Shown one piece after another: positions 38,374 to 51,478 of a stretch of DNA of 64,000 bases. The stretch covers positions 7,192,001 through 7,256,000 of the forward strand of contig NC_081331.1 of assembly GCF_022539665.2 (NCBI RefSeq). The letters are read 5' to 3'. The notes beneath the pieces were generated by a model. It saw only the letters and a list, made by a program, of their open reading frames with translations. It was not told the DNA's origin and ran no database searches. This DNA comes from Daphnia carinata. Taxonomy: Eukaryota. A program made the translations under genes and the position numbers. Within the stretch, counting starts at the first letter, position 1. Each line of letters starts with the position of its first letter.

Positions 38374-40132
38374 ATGCTTCAAGGCCACTTGATTTTGTTA
38401 TTTTGTGTGCTCATCAATAGTTGTGTTTATTGCCAGTTATACCAGGGGCATGCTGAAGAACAAAATATTCACGCAAATCAGCGCTCGTCGCTAAAAGGTT
38501 ATTTTGGTAATAGCTGGCGACGACAGGTTTTAGGTGGTAACTCGGAAGTACCGATCCTAACCAACAACACCGTTTCTCCTACCAGTCTTACTGGAATGTC
38601 AAGTGCTGATGTGGAAGATGTTGGAACACGCGATGGAAAATGTACTGTATAACACTCATTTCGACAGAAATTAGAATAGACGATTAACAAATTTTAACTT
38701 TTGCTAGTTTTTTCGCTGTTTACGGTCGTGAAATTTGCCAATGACGACTGCACAACTGCAGCTAATGAAAACGGTACCTGTTACTCGGCATCCGAGTGCA
38801 GCGCTAGGGGTGGAATGTCCAGTGGGTCTTGCGCCGGTGGATTTGGTGTCTGCTGCACTTGTTCGTTAAGCCTAATCAATTAATTACGTTGAGCCCGAAT
38901 CGAACTTTCCACTTACGCTATATCGGTTTGTAGTTTCTTACACCTGTGGCCAAACGACGTACCAGAATTCTTCATATTTTTCAAACATTAATTATCCTTC
39001 GAGCTATGATGGCACAGGATCATGTCAACTTACAGTGAACAAGGTATCAAACAACGTGTGTCAGCTAAGGTAAATAACAACCAAATAAAAAAATGAAACT
39101 AATAAGCGTTGGATGATTTATAAAATTTGAAATTTAGATTGGACTTTTTTGTAATGGTCCTGATACAACCTGAAACGAACGATAGCAACTGCAACCGAGA
39201 TCAGTTTATTGTTACAGGTGGAAGTCGCGTACCAGCCATTTGCGGGACAAATAATGGGCAACACAGTAAGAACTAGTTCTGTTAGGAAGACTTTTAAATT
39301 TTAGCTTGTCCAAATACTTTGTAGTGTACATCGAAACTGGATTGCTCGGGAATAGTCCGATTACGTTGACGGTGGTTACAAGTGGAACCGGCTTTGCTCG
39401 TCAATGGAGGATAAAAGTGACCCAGATGAATTGCGATTCTATCAGCAGAGGTGATACATTTGATCATATCATTTAAATCAACACCGGAAATGCCTTTAGG
39501 ATAAGTGTGTGTCTGTACTTAGCTCCAAACGGTTGCCTGCAATACTTCACGGGCGTGTCAGGTACGATACGATCGTTCAACTATGATGGAACTTCCGGCC
39601 GCCAACTTTCAAATCAAGATTACAGCATATGCATCCGTACTGAAAGCAATTTTTGCAGTATCGCATATAACGTATGTGCCGGTGGAGTGTATTCTATTAC
39701 TGGTCCCACCGGAGGCTCGGCTACTGCTCAAGGAACACCAATTGGAGCATTGGTAAAAACGGACAGCAGCACAGCACAAAGATTTGGTCCATGACTGAAA
39801 TGTAAATGACATGAGCGTATTTGATATTTTTTTAACAGGTGGGGGCTACTACGTGCAATACAGATTGGCTTACTATTCCGTGTGCTTCCGATAATGGTCG
39901 AACAATCCAAAGAGGAAATACTATATGCCAAGATCGCTTGTGCGGAGATGCATTCGCTTCGGTGGTTCAGGCTACCAGTGGGACTGTCATCACCAGCGTA
40001 CGGCCCTTCCAAGTCACCGTTCACTTCGATGCTTTTGAGGCGATCGTGCCAACATCGGTGACTAACGTTCAAGGACAATTCAATAACCGAGGATTTTGCC
40101 TTAGTTATATCCAACAACCATGCACTTCATAA
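38374..40132 (+). CDS. Secreted CUB-domain protein (arthropod CUB_2 family)
   Basis: Signal peptide; NGTCYSASEC..GSCAGGFGVCC; VCQLRLDF; ICGTNNGQH; APNGCLQYFTGVSGTIRSFNY; GFCLSYIQQPC. TATA-like TATATAAG near 38268. Confidence 0.88.
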
Positions 40133-40850
40133 TCCCCTCCCAACAAAAAAAGAATAAAAATAACAATAAATTTAATTTAAAGAATCAAATTTGGCTCTAG
40201 ATGCATCTAGAAACAAAATTGACAAACAATAATGTAGAATTTACTGGCCTATTTTCATTAAATAGTATATGTGATTAATAAATCGCACTTATTAACTGTC
40301 CATTGCCTCTGAAGTTTCATGTTCATACTCTTTACGTCTTCACCGTTAAACAAGGAACGTGGAGTACGATGTAACAGATATAACGGCTATTATGCAACCA
40401 ATACCTACTACGCGACTACTACAATTTACTAGTTTACCTACTTCCTCGGAGCCCGTGCAGTACGTGAAAGTAGTTTAGTTTATTAGCGCACTAGCCAGAC
40501 ATGCGAAAGTTTGTGAGAAGGGGATATAGATGACAGCTATGGAATAGGATCATTGCTAACGGTTCTCTTTTTATGCTGAGTCCAGTGTTTTAATAATTTT
40601 GGAAACAGTACGGAATGTACTAAGCACCAAACGATTGATCATTCATTGTTCATACACATGTACAATTAGCGCTTAGCTATAAACTTGCGGAACGTTTAGA
40701 GTGCTTTAATGGACACGTCGCATCTGACGCAATTATGAGCGATAGTAGAGATGCAAACAAACACTATACGTAAACTAAGCTGGCGAGCAAAATACATGTA
40801 TCACATTAATTACATGAAAAATTTACAACAAATACGTTCGATATATTTTT

Positions 40851-42401
40851 TCAATTTTCCGTCATGAAATTTGGTTGCAGATAGCTGGGTCCTTGACGAG
40901 GTAGCGGTTCTGATTTAAGTATAGGAGTCATTTTGTGATTAGGTTGATGATAGCCACCTTTAGAAGCTAATTGGAAGGCACACTTTTCACACAGATCAGT
41001 TGAAACGTTTGAGGGGCACAGAAAGCAGTGCCAACGGGTGCCCGAAATTGGATCAAGGCCACAATGATCGCAACGATAACCATAATGAATCATCATACCA
41101 AGATGGTTTTGCTTAGACTTGATCCGTTTCATTAACTTCAGCCACATGAGTTCACTATATCCTTCAGACATTTTCAACGAATCCGGAACATCTTCGTCCT
41201 AGTTTTAGATTAACCAAAAATATTTAGTGTATAAGATGTATACATATTTTGAATTTTAAAATTTAAAATATATAATTTCATTTTCCATACAGAGACTTGA
41301 ATATCTTCATGTTTCGGTGCTGGACTAGGCTCATTAAATAATTCAGAGCTATCGTCCAAGTCATTCATGTAGACCGGTGGGGTAGCTGATGCGAAAAAGG
41401 TTGAGGATGGAAAGAGAAATCTATTGTTCCTTTGATGTCGATGACCAGACTGGAAAGGAAATGGCAATTTGTTTTATCTGATCCTTTTAAATTTGAAATA
41501 CTAAAAGTTCGTAGCACTAAAAAATTATTTAAAGACTGTACTTTGCGATTGTTGCTATACTGAGTGAAATTGTAAGTTCTTCCAGGAACTGGAAGTCCTG
41601 CTTTCTGGAGCTTTATAAAATATTTTTGAACTCTACTTTGTACTTGAAGAGGTGTCCTATTTCCGAGGGCTCTAGCAATCTTTCTAAATCGCTCCATCTC
41701 TACTTGTTCTGGTGGATATATAACAAGCAACTCTTCCAGCCGTTTCTGCTCTTCAGGAGTCCAAAGCTGATTGAAAGTTTCTGGTTTTTTCTGATTGAAC
41801 TCTCTTCCTCGTACCAACAGTTTTCCATCTTTGCCTCTTTCTGCATCTTTGGAGGTTTCACTATCACTGTTGTTAGTAGACAAAGGCTTTTGATTTTCTG
41901 TAGCCTTTTCTTCAAGATTCTCAGGTATAACTACCCCATATTTTGACCAATTTATTTCTGGAATCTATTTGATAAACATTTTGTTACTTCCATAATACCT
42001 ACTGAATCGCTTATAACTAACCTCTGCAATGACTTGAGGTTGGGGGAAATCCATGTTCTCACCTCTCTGTAGTTTTTCAATAAATGCTAAAGGTGATTCC
42101 AGGGCTTCTTTCTTCAGAGGTATTATTTTTTCCATGTTCTGCACAGCAATCATTCGCTGCCCTTCAAGCACTGCTAATGTTCTTATTGAAGATGGATAGA
42201 AAGTAAAATAAGACTTCAAATTAAATAACTAATTGGTGCAACAAACCTTAGCAATGCTTGATAATCTGCATTTCCCTTTAAAGCTAGCTGGTCAGTTTCA
42301 AAACAGTATTCTCCAAAACTGTCCAGGTTTTCTTCTGCCCACCCAACACTTTCATTATCCTTTAGACCTTCATCATTTTTCCCTTCCACCCTTTCTGCCA
42401 T
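40851..42401 (-). CDS. ZZZ3: ZZ-type zinc finger-containing protein 3 (Myb/SANT + ZZ)
   Basis: [77 protein letters not shown] finger [27 protein letters not shown]. Confidence 0.93.
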
Positions 42402-42942
42402 TTCTTATCGTAATGTATTTTATTTGCTGACTGAATTAAATTGTCGAGAGCCCATGTGCGTAAAGTGGCGCACTGTTTTTCCAACCATATGCAGAAAAGA
42501 CACTTGAAAAATTTAAATAAACGTGACAGTAACACAACTTGGAACCATGATATTAAACAGAATGGTACTAAACAGTAACCACTTTGGGGGCGAAAACAGT
42601 ACTTCAGATCAACGAAAAGGGTGCGATTTTTTCGTGTCAAAATAATGCTAGTGGTGGTATAAAAAATTATGCACGTCGTGGATTTTTATCTATGGGAATT
42701 CTGACGTCTGAACCCAACTACAAGAGTAGAAACAATTATTTAGCGTATCATGGTGCTACGGCAGGTCAGTATTAGCATGGTGTAGCCTGCTAGAAGAACC
42801 GAATGAACGTTGACTTTGACACCTACGAATGCAAACATTTAAATGTTTAGCTTTTGTCGTTGATACATGAATAACACTTGCCATTACTTTCTATTTCAGA
42901 AAACTGAGTTTCGATCTCAGTCTGTTTTCTGTTATTTTTTCC

Positions 42943-43178
42943 ATGATAATGTCAGCTAGAGTTCTCCTTGGTGCTGGATTGGGATTCAAAAACAGTGCCA
43001 GGGCTTTTTTATCATCTTCATCAACTTGCTATAGAACTGAACATTAGAAACTACATCAGACTAGAGCTAATCATTTAACTTACCACATCTTCCCCAAACT
43101 GTGAATCATTTTCAAAGTCTGATTTTCCACTGTTACATTCATCTTCTTCAAGGTCTGCACCCAATGATGTGGCTCGTA
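42943..43178 (+). pseudogene. 5' fragment of a gene with a mitochondrial-presequence-like N-terminus
   Basis: [34 protein letters not shown] is Arg/Ser-rich. It has an in-frame stop and ends abruptly at the SLC26 fragment. Confidence 0.4.
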
Positions 43179-43690
43179 CCTAAAAAAAATTAAACTGAAC
43201 AATGTCTAACATTTAATATATTAGAGTACGAATATGTTAGAGTACGTCCGTACCAGTGTAGAGTCCGCAAAAAGGCGTCCCGACGCCGCTGGCGGCATTG
43301 ACGACAGTGCGGGAGAATGCGCCTCTCACTGGATACGATGACGCAAACGATCCTAAAATGTTGCTAGTCCCGATGGCGATCATCTCTTGACTGACATCGA
43401 CGCGACTCCTTTTGGCTATCCATTTGCATTTCCATCCATGTAATCCAGACATGTTTAAAAGAAACTAATAACATCATCTCCGTATAACAGCTGCTTTAAA
43501 TATACCCTACCTTAGGATTTGGCAATCGCAATCGATTCAATTACGGCGACTAATGGAGAAATGTAAAGTGCAGAACCTAGATTTTTGCAAATGTCCACGA
43601 AAGAGTATGTCTTTCCGTCTGCCTCCAACGAAAAGGGCGGCGCTTTGAATGGAGGGAATCCGCTAGGAATCTCACCTAATTGTATAAACG
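43179..43690 (-). pseudogene. SLC26A11-like anion transporter fragment (two exons with introns)
   Basis: GEIPSGFPPFKAPPF..ISPLVAVIESIAIAKS* followed by VDVSQEMIAIGTSNILGSFASSYPVRGAFSRTVVNAASGVGTPFCGLYTG. It has an in-frame TAA and no other exons nearby. Confidence 0.85.
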
Positions 43691-43773
43691 TTAGCTATTT
43701 AAGGGAAAGTTTGCAAAATGAAATGCGTTGCTTTTTAATGGCGAAATAGCATTGTTTTGTTGAAATATCTTCC

Positions 43774-44174
43774 GCAACGCTTATACACACTGGAACTACA
43801 AGCACTGCAACAACAGGCATTGCAACAGCAACAGGCCTTACGGCATCAACAAACTGCGACGCACCAGAGTGGCTAACCGGGGTCGGCCGGAATTTCACCT
43901 AGTTACCATTATACTGCCAATACACAGCCTCGTAGCTCAGGGGTAATATTCTAATAATTTTTTTTAAAACTGCATTTAATTTAAAAATGTGTCTTGTTTC
44001 AAAATTCAGGGATCGTACCGAACCATGTATGACTACGATGCCGATGACAACGGCGAAGTTTCCTTCCGCGATGGCGATGTTATCGTCGATTGCAAACCGA
44101 TCGACGAGGGATGGATGATGGACACAGTCCTGAGGACAGGCCGATCCGGAATGGTATCGGCAAACTACATCTAA
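43774..44174 (+). pseudogene. 3' fragment of a Lasp/nebulin-type gene (Gln-rich exon, intron, C-terminal SH3)
   Basis: QALQQQALQQQQALRHQQ..SG*, then an intron (~43944-44009), then YRTMYDYDADDNGEVSFRDGDVIVDCKPIDEGWMMDTVLRTGRSGMVSANYI*. The SH3 has PANY changed to SANY. Confidence 0.75.
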
Positions 44175-45172
44175 CCTCTCAGCTAATGTTTTCGTTCTTT
44201 ATTGCCCTTACGCCTGATCCTTTTGATTTCTGTCTTCTTTGCTCCTTTTGTCGAAATCCCTAGAAACCATTGTCCTTCCTGCACGCAACACATTCAAATT
44301 TGGGTTTGTTTTGTTTATGTATTTCTTTTTTTGTATTTTGATTGTCCATAATTAAATTTAATGATAATAATGTTTTTTTTCTATTTCAACAGAATTCCCG
44401 CAGCTAACATATCCGATGCCTGGTGATATTTAGTCTTGGTCTTCAGATTATTATATTGCACTAAATAAAGGGCAGCTACGTCACTTGCCCTTAAACACCT
44501 GAACACAGGACGACGGGGCTGTTTTTCCAAGGTTTGCTTCGTTCCTTTTTCTACTTACTTTTTGTCTTCACCATTCATTGCTTGAAAGTTTCGTTCTTTA
44601 GCTCGAATTTAAATTTTTCTTTCACGAACTCGAACCTATGTTCTTGTACACCATGGTATTAGCATGGAAAGCCAAATTTCGTACTTGCAAGCACGCAATT
44701 TATCAGCAAAAAACTATGGTGGCGGAAAAATGTATGTCAATACGGTTCTCTAAGGTACGGCAATTTTATGGACAAAGTATAAGAACGATTTCATGAATGT
44801 TTTAATTTTTCGTTTCCCTATTTCTCGTTCAGTAAACAAATATTTCACCATACCAGACACGCTTTATGGGAATAATGATCAAATTATAGGGCATAGAAAA
44901 AAAGAGATTTTATTAAATTTTAGTTCTGTGTTACAACATAATCTATGATATCCCCAGAATGATTTAAAAAGCCTTACGCAGGAAGACGATCCTGTTAATT
45001 ACGTAAGTTTCGCGTATTACGACATATGCTGATTAACAAACATGTAAAATTCTTCATTTCCTTGACTTGGATAAAAAAAAATATGATTCTCAATTGCTCT
45101 AGGGCATGAACCAGATAAAATGCATGCGAATATTATTGATTTGGTAATGAGAATGAATTTTTTGCAAATGGA

Positions 45173-47386
45173 TCACCATAGGTCTTCTACAGAAGAGATC
45201 TTTTTGCCGAAAAGTTCTGTTTCAAATTTACTCAGAACTTCTAGATGAGGAGGACTGGGTTGAACTGCCGGCCGCAAGCACTTTACATAGTAAAAAGAAT
45301 CCTCCAGAGTACAGCTTTTATCTTGCATCAGCACGGCCATCTGGAAAAAAACCCAATTCATTTTATGGCTTATACAGTACTGCTCCCATTACCAAAGCTT
45401 TAAAAATCTCTAGATTAAATTTTAATAGTGAGAGAATATTCATTCTTAAAAACGTAAATTTTCCTAAATTATGGTGTTTGATAAAATGGTGATATAGTCA
45501 AAAGCATCTTGAACTTCACCAGCCACAATTCGAGTAACATAAATCACTATTATAAAAAAGAAACAAAATTACAGTTAATGTTGCGCTGCGATTGACGCCT
45601 TGGTCCCCCAAGATTAGTACACGTCCTTTTTCTTGAATTGCTTTTATGGCAAACGATGTTGCTCCTTTAAGTGCGTTATACAGTTCTTGACCTAAAATTT
45701 ATGAAATAGCAATAATGTATTGGTAGTCGAGAAATACTTGTGTTAGATTTTCGGCGACTAGGCTTGTGTGTGCAAAAATGAACACATAAACATGAATACA
45801 TGAAATTCGGAATTCTGCATCAACATCAATTTTAACTACAGCTTCAACTTTGACATGTAATTACTGTTTGTTAAAGACGAAATTCTATGAGCCTACATGT
45901 TCATTGAAACTGTAAAATGCCTCTATCTCAACTGGGAAACGCGTGCGTGCTGTTGTTTGAAGTACCACATCTAAAGAGCTATTTTTGGATGAAATTTTTT
46001 CTTTGTATATGTTAACGGAAAACATAGTGCATGTGTACATCGTCGTACTATCGTACATTTTTTTTACCGTGTTAGTCTCAACCTCAGACAATTGTCTTCG
46101 AACGGAGTCTGTTTACCTTTCAGCGTTTCACTCCAGTTGACTGTTAAGCAAGTCATGCCGGGAAAGGCCAATGCAGGTCCTGTCTGTCCAATGTGGATCA
46201 AATGGGTAATGTTTAGATTCAATAGAATAGTGGTGTTCGATCCTTGTTCCATTCTTCCAAGCCACATTGTATCTTCCATGATGATGGACGGATACCAACC
46301 AAGTGCTAGTTGACGCTCTGGAACTCCAGAACAATTCGAAGCAATCATATAAGGCAATGATCGCTCTATTTGTACTATTCCGCCACAAATGCAGAACGGG
46401 TCTAACTGGGCGCTTTGCAATAAAGTTTGGACTCTCTTCATATTTGAATCTTGGTTTTCGTCGCTTCCATCTTGGTCATAGAGGATAATAAGCGTGTACT
46501 TGCTCAAGTCCTGAAGGTTTTCTAACGGAAGGGTTCCATACCAACGTGCAGAGAGGATATGCCTCTCGAGGAATGAGTTTTCGTCGCGGACGTCTACCAA
46601 CATCAAATAATCCGGATTGCTCATGTATGGTGCATAAAATCCATCGTAGAATAAGTTGTGGAACTGACATGGTGATATGCTGTGGTGCTTGTCTCGCCCC
46701 TCTTCTGGATCCAATGGAATGGGCACTTTTTTCAAACCTTTTGATTCTTCAAGTGAGGCTGGCAAATTAAATTGTACGTTAAGCGCAGGTGTTTCAAAAA
46801 GTTAAATCTTATTTCGTGAGAAGCAACAGGCACTGTGATCTAATTCCGAAATAGTTTCGTTACTCAAGAGCCACAGAAGTAGTGGGCTTGAAACCTTTCA
46901 AAGTAGCGCACTCCAACGCCGGTTCTCCAGTTCAAGATTGTATACGTCATTTCCCCAAAATAGAACACATTTTCCGGATTTAATCGCAAAAAAAAACTCT
47001 TTCCTGGCGTCTCACGATATTTAAAAAAAGTTGAATAACGCACTTAGAATATAAATACTATAAAAGAACAAGATGTAAAAAAAATGTACGCGAAATTTTT
47101 TTTCTTAGCCGCTATTGATAGGCCAGGTCTCGACCGTCTTTTTACAGGAAATGTAATATAAAAGAACCTGAAAAAGTTTTGAGTTTAAACTGTAACAGTA
47201 TTTTAAATGCCTGTCTATCCTATGATAGGGAAATACAATCAAATATTTCTTTGATCTTCTTTTAAGAATTAGTTTCCCCTGCTAAGGATTACATTTAATT
47301 AACTTAAAGAGCGACTTACCGAGTTGATATTGTGATAATCTATCGTAAGCGGCTTTCTGTTGGTCTTTACTCCCTACGCAGCCCAT
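45173..47386 (-). CDS. STYXL1: STYXL1/MK-STYX-like rhodanese plus dual-specificity pseudophosphatase
   Basis: Rhodanese-like YLMLVDVRDENSFLERHILSAR; DSP domain YPSIIMEDTMWLG..LNITHLI; RVLILGDQGVNRSA with no catalytic Cys; N-terminus MGCVGSK. Confidence 0.8.
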
Positions 47387-47829
47387 GTTGCTCACTAGTT
47401 TCGCAGCAAACAAGAAACCAAATAAAAACCTGGCTATAAAAATATTCTGCTCGATAGAACTCCCAATGTTTTCAATATTTCGTTGCACATCGAACACTTC
47501 TTGCCACCAAGAGCCTCAAGAACTCTATAGACCAGATCTGAAGACTTCCGTATACTTGGCGTCGATCGAAATGAAATCGTCGACGAACGCAAATATAAGA
47601 ATGCGTTCCGTAAAGCAACAGTGTGGCTGGCAGCCGGTGTACACGGAATGCTCATAGGATCTCTTTCTGGTCACGTGTTTAGATGGGAATACACATTTTA
47701 CTTTACGGATCAGTATTTATGGTCCTTATTGCTGACAAGAAAAATTTGTATTTTAATCAATCACAGTGTGGTATTATATAATGCTTATTCCCCAATAATA
47801 AGATTCGGAAATAATTGTAATAAGATATT

Positions 47830-50800
47830 TCATGTAGAAAACTCAGTAAGCAGGGAATATATAACTGGCAACACAGAGGGATCCTCGACCAGAATTTCAG
47901 CGTGCCAGCTATTTTTAACTGATAAAATTCGAACTAGAACAAGAAACGAATCGGGAGTAACCATAGCTAATTCTGTCGGTTTCTCAGCCATTTGGAATTT
48001 GTCCAATTCTCCGTACTCGACAGCTTTCAGGAGTTTTTGAGGTTGAGGGAGAAACAAAGCACTGGAGTAGCATTTCTCGCTTTGGCTAACAATTCGATCC
48101 CATAACTCAACAAACGACTTGCTTGAAGACAGTGGATTTAGAAAGTCTTCCAATTTGAGTTGAATAGGCTCAAGGCCTGAAAGAAATATCCGACCGTCCG
48201 TAGTGCTCATTACAACCCTGTACCAACAAATGACAAAATGGAAATTAAAATATTATTGAGATATTTTTTAGTATTTAGATTTACTTATAGTTACCTTGCT
48301 TCGATGGTTGCGGCCGAACATACCAACGGATGTACCTGAAGGCAGGCTTTTCTCACCTGGTCGACTTCCAATACTGGAATGTAAATAGGTTCGGCACGAC
48401 CCCACTTCGGGTCCACTATGAAATCGATTTTTAATCCTTGCAAAAAATTTAAAGAGGTAATATTAACTTCCGTGATTTGTTGGATTACGACAGAAAAAAG
48501 TTATTACCAACAAATTCCGGGTGGAGGTTCTCTGCATTTTTTATCAAAGATATCTCCAAGGGAAAATAGAACGATCGAAAGGATCGCTTTCGATCTAATG
48601 ACCAGTATACTGGAAGAGATTCTATTACAAATATACTTACAAAAGATTTCGGAAAAGCCATTAGTTTTAATTTTTTTTGTCACCTGGTCTTGTGTCACCG
48701 ATTTTGTTGTAATCGAAAAGGATTTTCACAAAAATCAATGGATAATCGGTTTTTTCTATTTTCCCAGTTGACGACAAGTCCATGTCAGCATCAAAAGCGT
48801 CCTTCAACTATATGAAAAAAGGGAAAATATCCATAAAAAATAAAATGAGAAAAAACAACAATAGTTCTATTACGCTATCAGTATTAACATGTGTTATAAG
48901 TGAGCGAAGCATCCATGCCCGTTGTTTCACATCTGACTCTGAATGCGATGTCTCGACCAAGGATAACACCGTTTTTAATTCTGAAATATATGTAGAGTAA
49001 TTAACTTTTCGCATTTCATGTAGGTGAACATGTTATAATACCTGGTTGAAAAATCTCGTAATCTTGATTCCTAATCAATGCCTGGCATAGTTCTAGCACT
49101 GCGATTCCACAATTTGAATTTTTTTTTTCTTCCAAGCAATTTCGTATAATGCGAAGAATCATCTAAAACATATATATATATATATTATGGATCAATGAAA
49201 GAATAATAAAAAAGATGGTGGGTTAATTTAGTACCCGAGGTTGGCAAAATTCGTATCGGTACAGAGTTGCTTCCATGAAAAACTGGATCAGATGTTCCAT
49301 GTGGGGCATCACGATAGAAATCTCCATATCATCGAAAGCATCGACAAGTCCCAAGGTTATTGCATCCGGTAATTGTCCCGGTTGGTTTGCACCAAAATGC
49401 TTTAGGAAGTCTATGATATGAGGCAAACAAGCAGGGTGTCGGGCACCTAAAGCGACGGTGCTGTGCAACACAATTTGGGCTGCATTGGTGGGAAAGTTAC
49501 TTTCAAGCATATCACGCATCACTCGAAAAACTGAAGCCAATGCACGACTAGTGCCATTTTTTATTGCAAAGGCAATCAAGTTTTCAAAGTGTTGGTAAAA
49601 GAGGGTGGGATCTAAAAAAAAAAATATAAACTTTTATAACAGGAACCATTAAGTTTTCGAAAATAGAAACAGATCAACCTAGTGATTGGTTGTACAGAGC
49701 CTTGTTCATAAGCAATAGTTTTTTAAGACGAGCATCAGCTCCATCGAAATCGTTGGGTTCAAATTGCCGTATTTCAAACCTGCTTTTTTTCAGATGCAGC
49801 GACGAAGCTAGCCAATCCAGAGATATCAAGTTGCGTCCAACAGGCATCGCAGGATGAGTGCAATAGAGGAAAACAGCGGTTTCGTCTGTAATTCCACCAA
49901 GGCATTCCTGCATGTGGCGATACACAATTGAATTATTTTTATTTTCTAACTAAAATCCGTAAGGCATTTTGTTACCTGAATAGATGTGATTGTCTGTAGA
50001 ACGCACAAGTCAAAGGTGGTCTTATATCTCTCGAGTAATTTTTCGAGCGAATTATTTAGCTCAGTTTGAAAACCCACGCGGCAAATACCTAAAATGTTTT
50101 TTGCCACTGTTACCATCGTAAATGGTCCTAATGAAGGCATAAGTTCAAGGAGGTCGCAAAGAACCTATTTGAGTAATAAAATGTCCCCAAGCATTTACAA
50201 GCAAAAAACAGAACGTCAATATGCTTATAAATGGATGTGGTGACCATGTAATAAGTCGCAATCGTGTTACCCGTGACTGGTTCGGAATAGAATTAGTAGC
50301 ATTTCTGATAATTAATGAAGTTATCTCTGATGCTTTGTCTCTTAAATGGTCATGATTTAAGAAGTCAAAAAAGTTTTCTATTTGTGTTCCCAGGATTCCC
50401 TGTTAAAATTTAAACTGCTAGATCTATTTATGCATTTTAAATTAAGATTTTAATTACTTGTGTGCTCATTTCTATTTCAATCAGGCAGTCCATTGAGGTC
50501 AAACAAGTAGAGATAGGCTCTGATTTGTTTTCCAAAACATTCAGCAAAAACTGAACAACATCAACAACCACCTCTTGGCTTGGTTGGTATGTGAGTAAGA
50601 CTGTGACAATAACTTCAAGTAATTTGCATTTCATATCAGTTTTGAGAAGGTTCATATTATAAATATTCTGCAAGAAGAACCAGCACTTCTTATAATTTTT
50701 CTCGTAACCATAAAAAAAATTACCTTGTTTCATACCTGAAGGCTTAGGATTGCAAACTCTAGCTCAGATAATTGAATAGTTGAATCGGAACAGATGATTG

Positions 50801-51046
50801 GAACTAAATCAAGTATTATGTTGACTAAGTGAGATTCATATGAGACATCTCCTAAAAGCTGAAAAACTCTTTGAAGATAAATATATCAATAAGCAAAACT
50901 TCATAACCAACAAATAATCTTACCTTAAGCAGATTGTCAAGAGTTTCATTGGAACACACACAGTCTTTAATTATCTTTTTTAGTCTATCGGGGCAGTCAG
51001 GTGGTAAGTAAGAGAATACAGTTAACATGTTAGTTTCTTTTGACAT
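47830..51046 (-). CDS. AP5B1: Probable AP-5 complex subunit beta-1 (multi-exon, helical)
   Basis: Many spliced exons; HPAMPVGRNLISLDWL; FEPNDFDGADARLKKLLL; DVKQRAWMLRSL; C-terminal appendage-like exon. The identity rests on recalled motif similarity. Confidence 0.6.
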
Positions 51047-51478
51047 TTTTTCAATAGTTTCTTAATACTGGATGCTTTTTATTCAACAATGAATGACACT
51101 TTTGTTTTGCCATAAATTACTGCTGAGATCCAAACACCTTAACAGGTGGATATTCCTTCCACTTCAAACTGACTTCAGAACTTTTAAGCTACCGAAAAAC
51201 AACAAACAGTATGTAGGGGCGGGACCACGTAAATCGTTGTACTAGGAGCGTGGAAAGGGATGGTGTGGAAATAGAAGAGCTGAATATCGTGGAAGTTGTA
51301 ACTATGGGGGGGGGGGGGGGGAACGTGGGAATAATCTTGATACGGATCCTCCATTAAGCGATGAATCGCGGGAAACATACGTTTGGGTCTGTCCATTTTG
51401 GTGGTGAGCTCCAAATTTTGAATACACTATATATGATACTTACATAAACATACGGTACGTCACTTGTTCCGACACATA

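Larger units (their letters stand above)
42776..44655. mobile_element. Putative Pack-type non-autonomous DNA transposon (P/Galileo-like ends) carrying host gene fragments
   Basis: 9-bp TIR CATGGTGTA (42776-42784) / TACACCATG (44647-44655); 7-bp TSD GTATTAG (42769-42775, 44656-44662); the interior is three gene fragments with no transposase. Confidence 0.7.
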
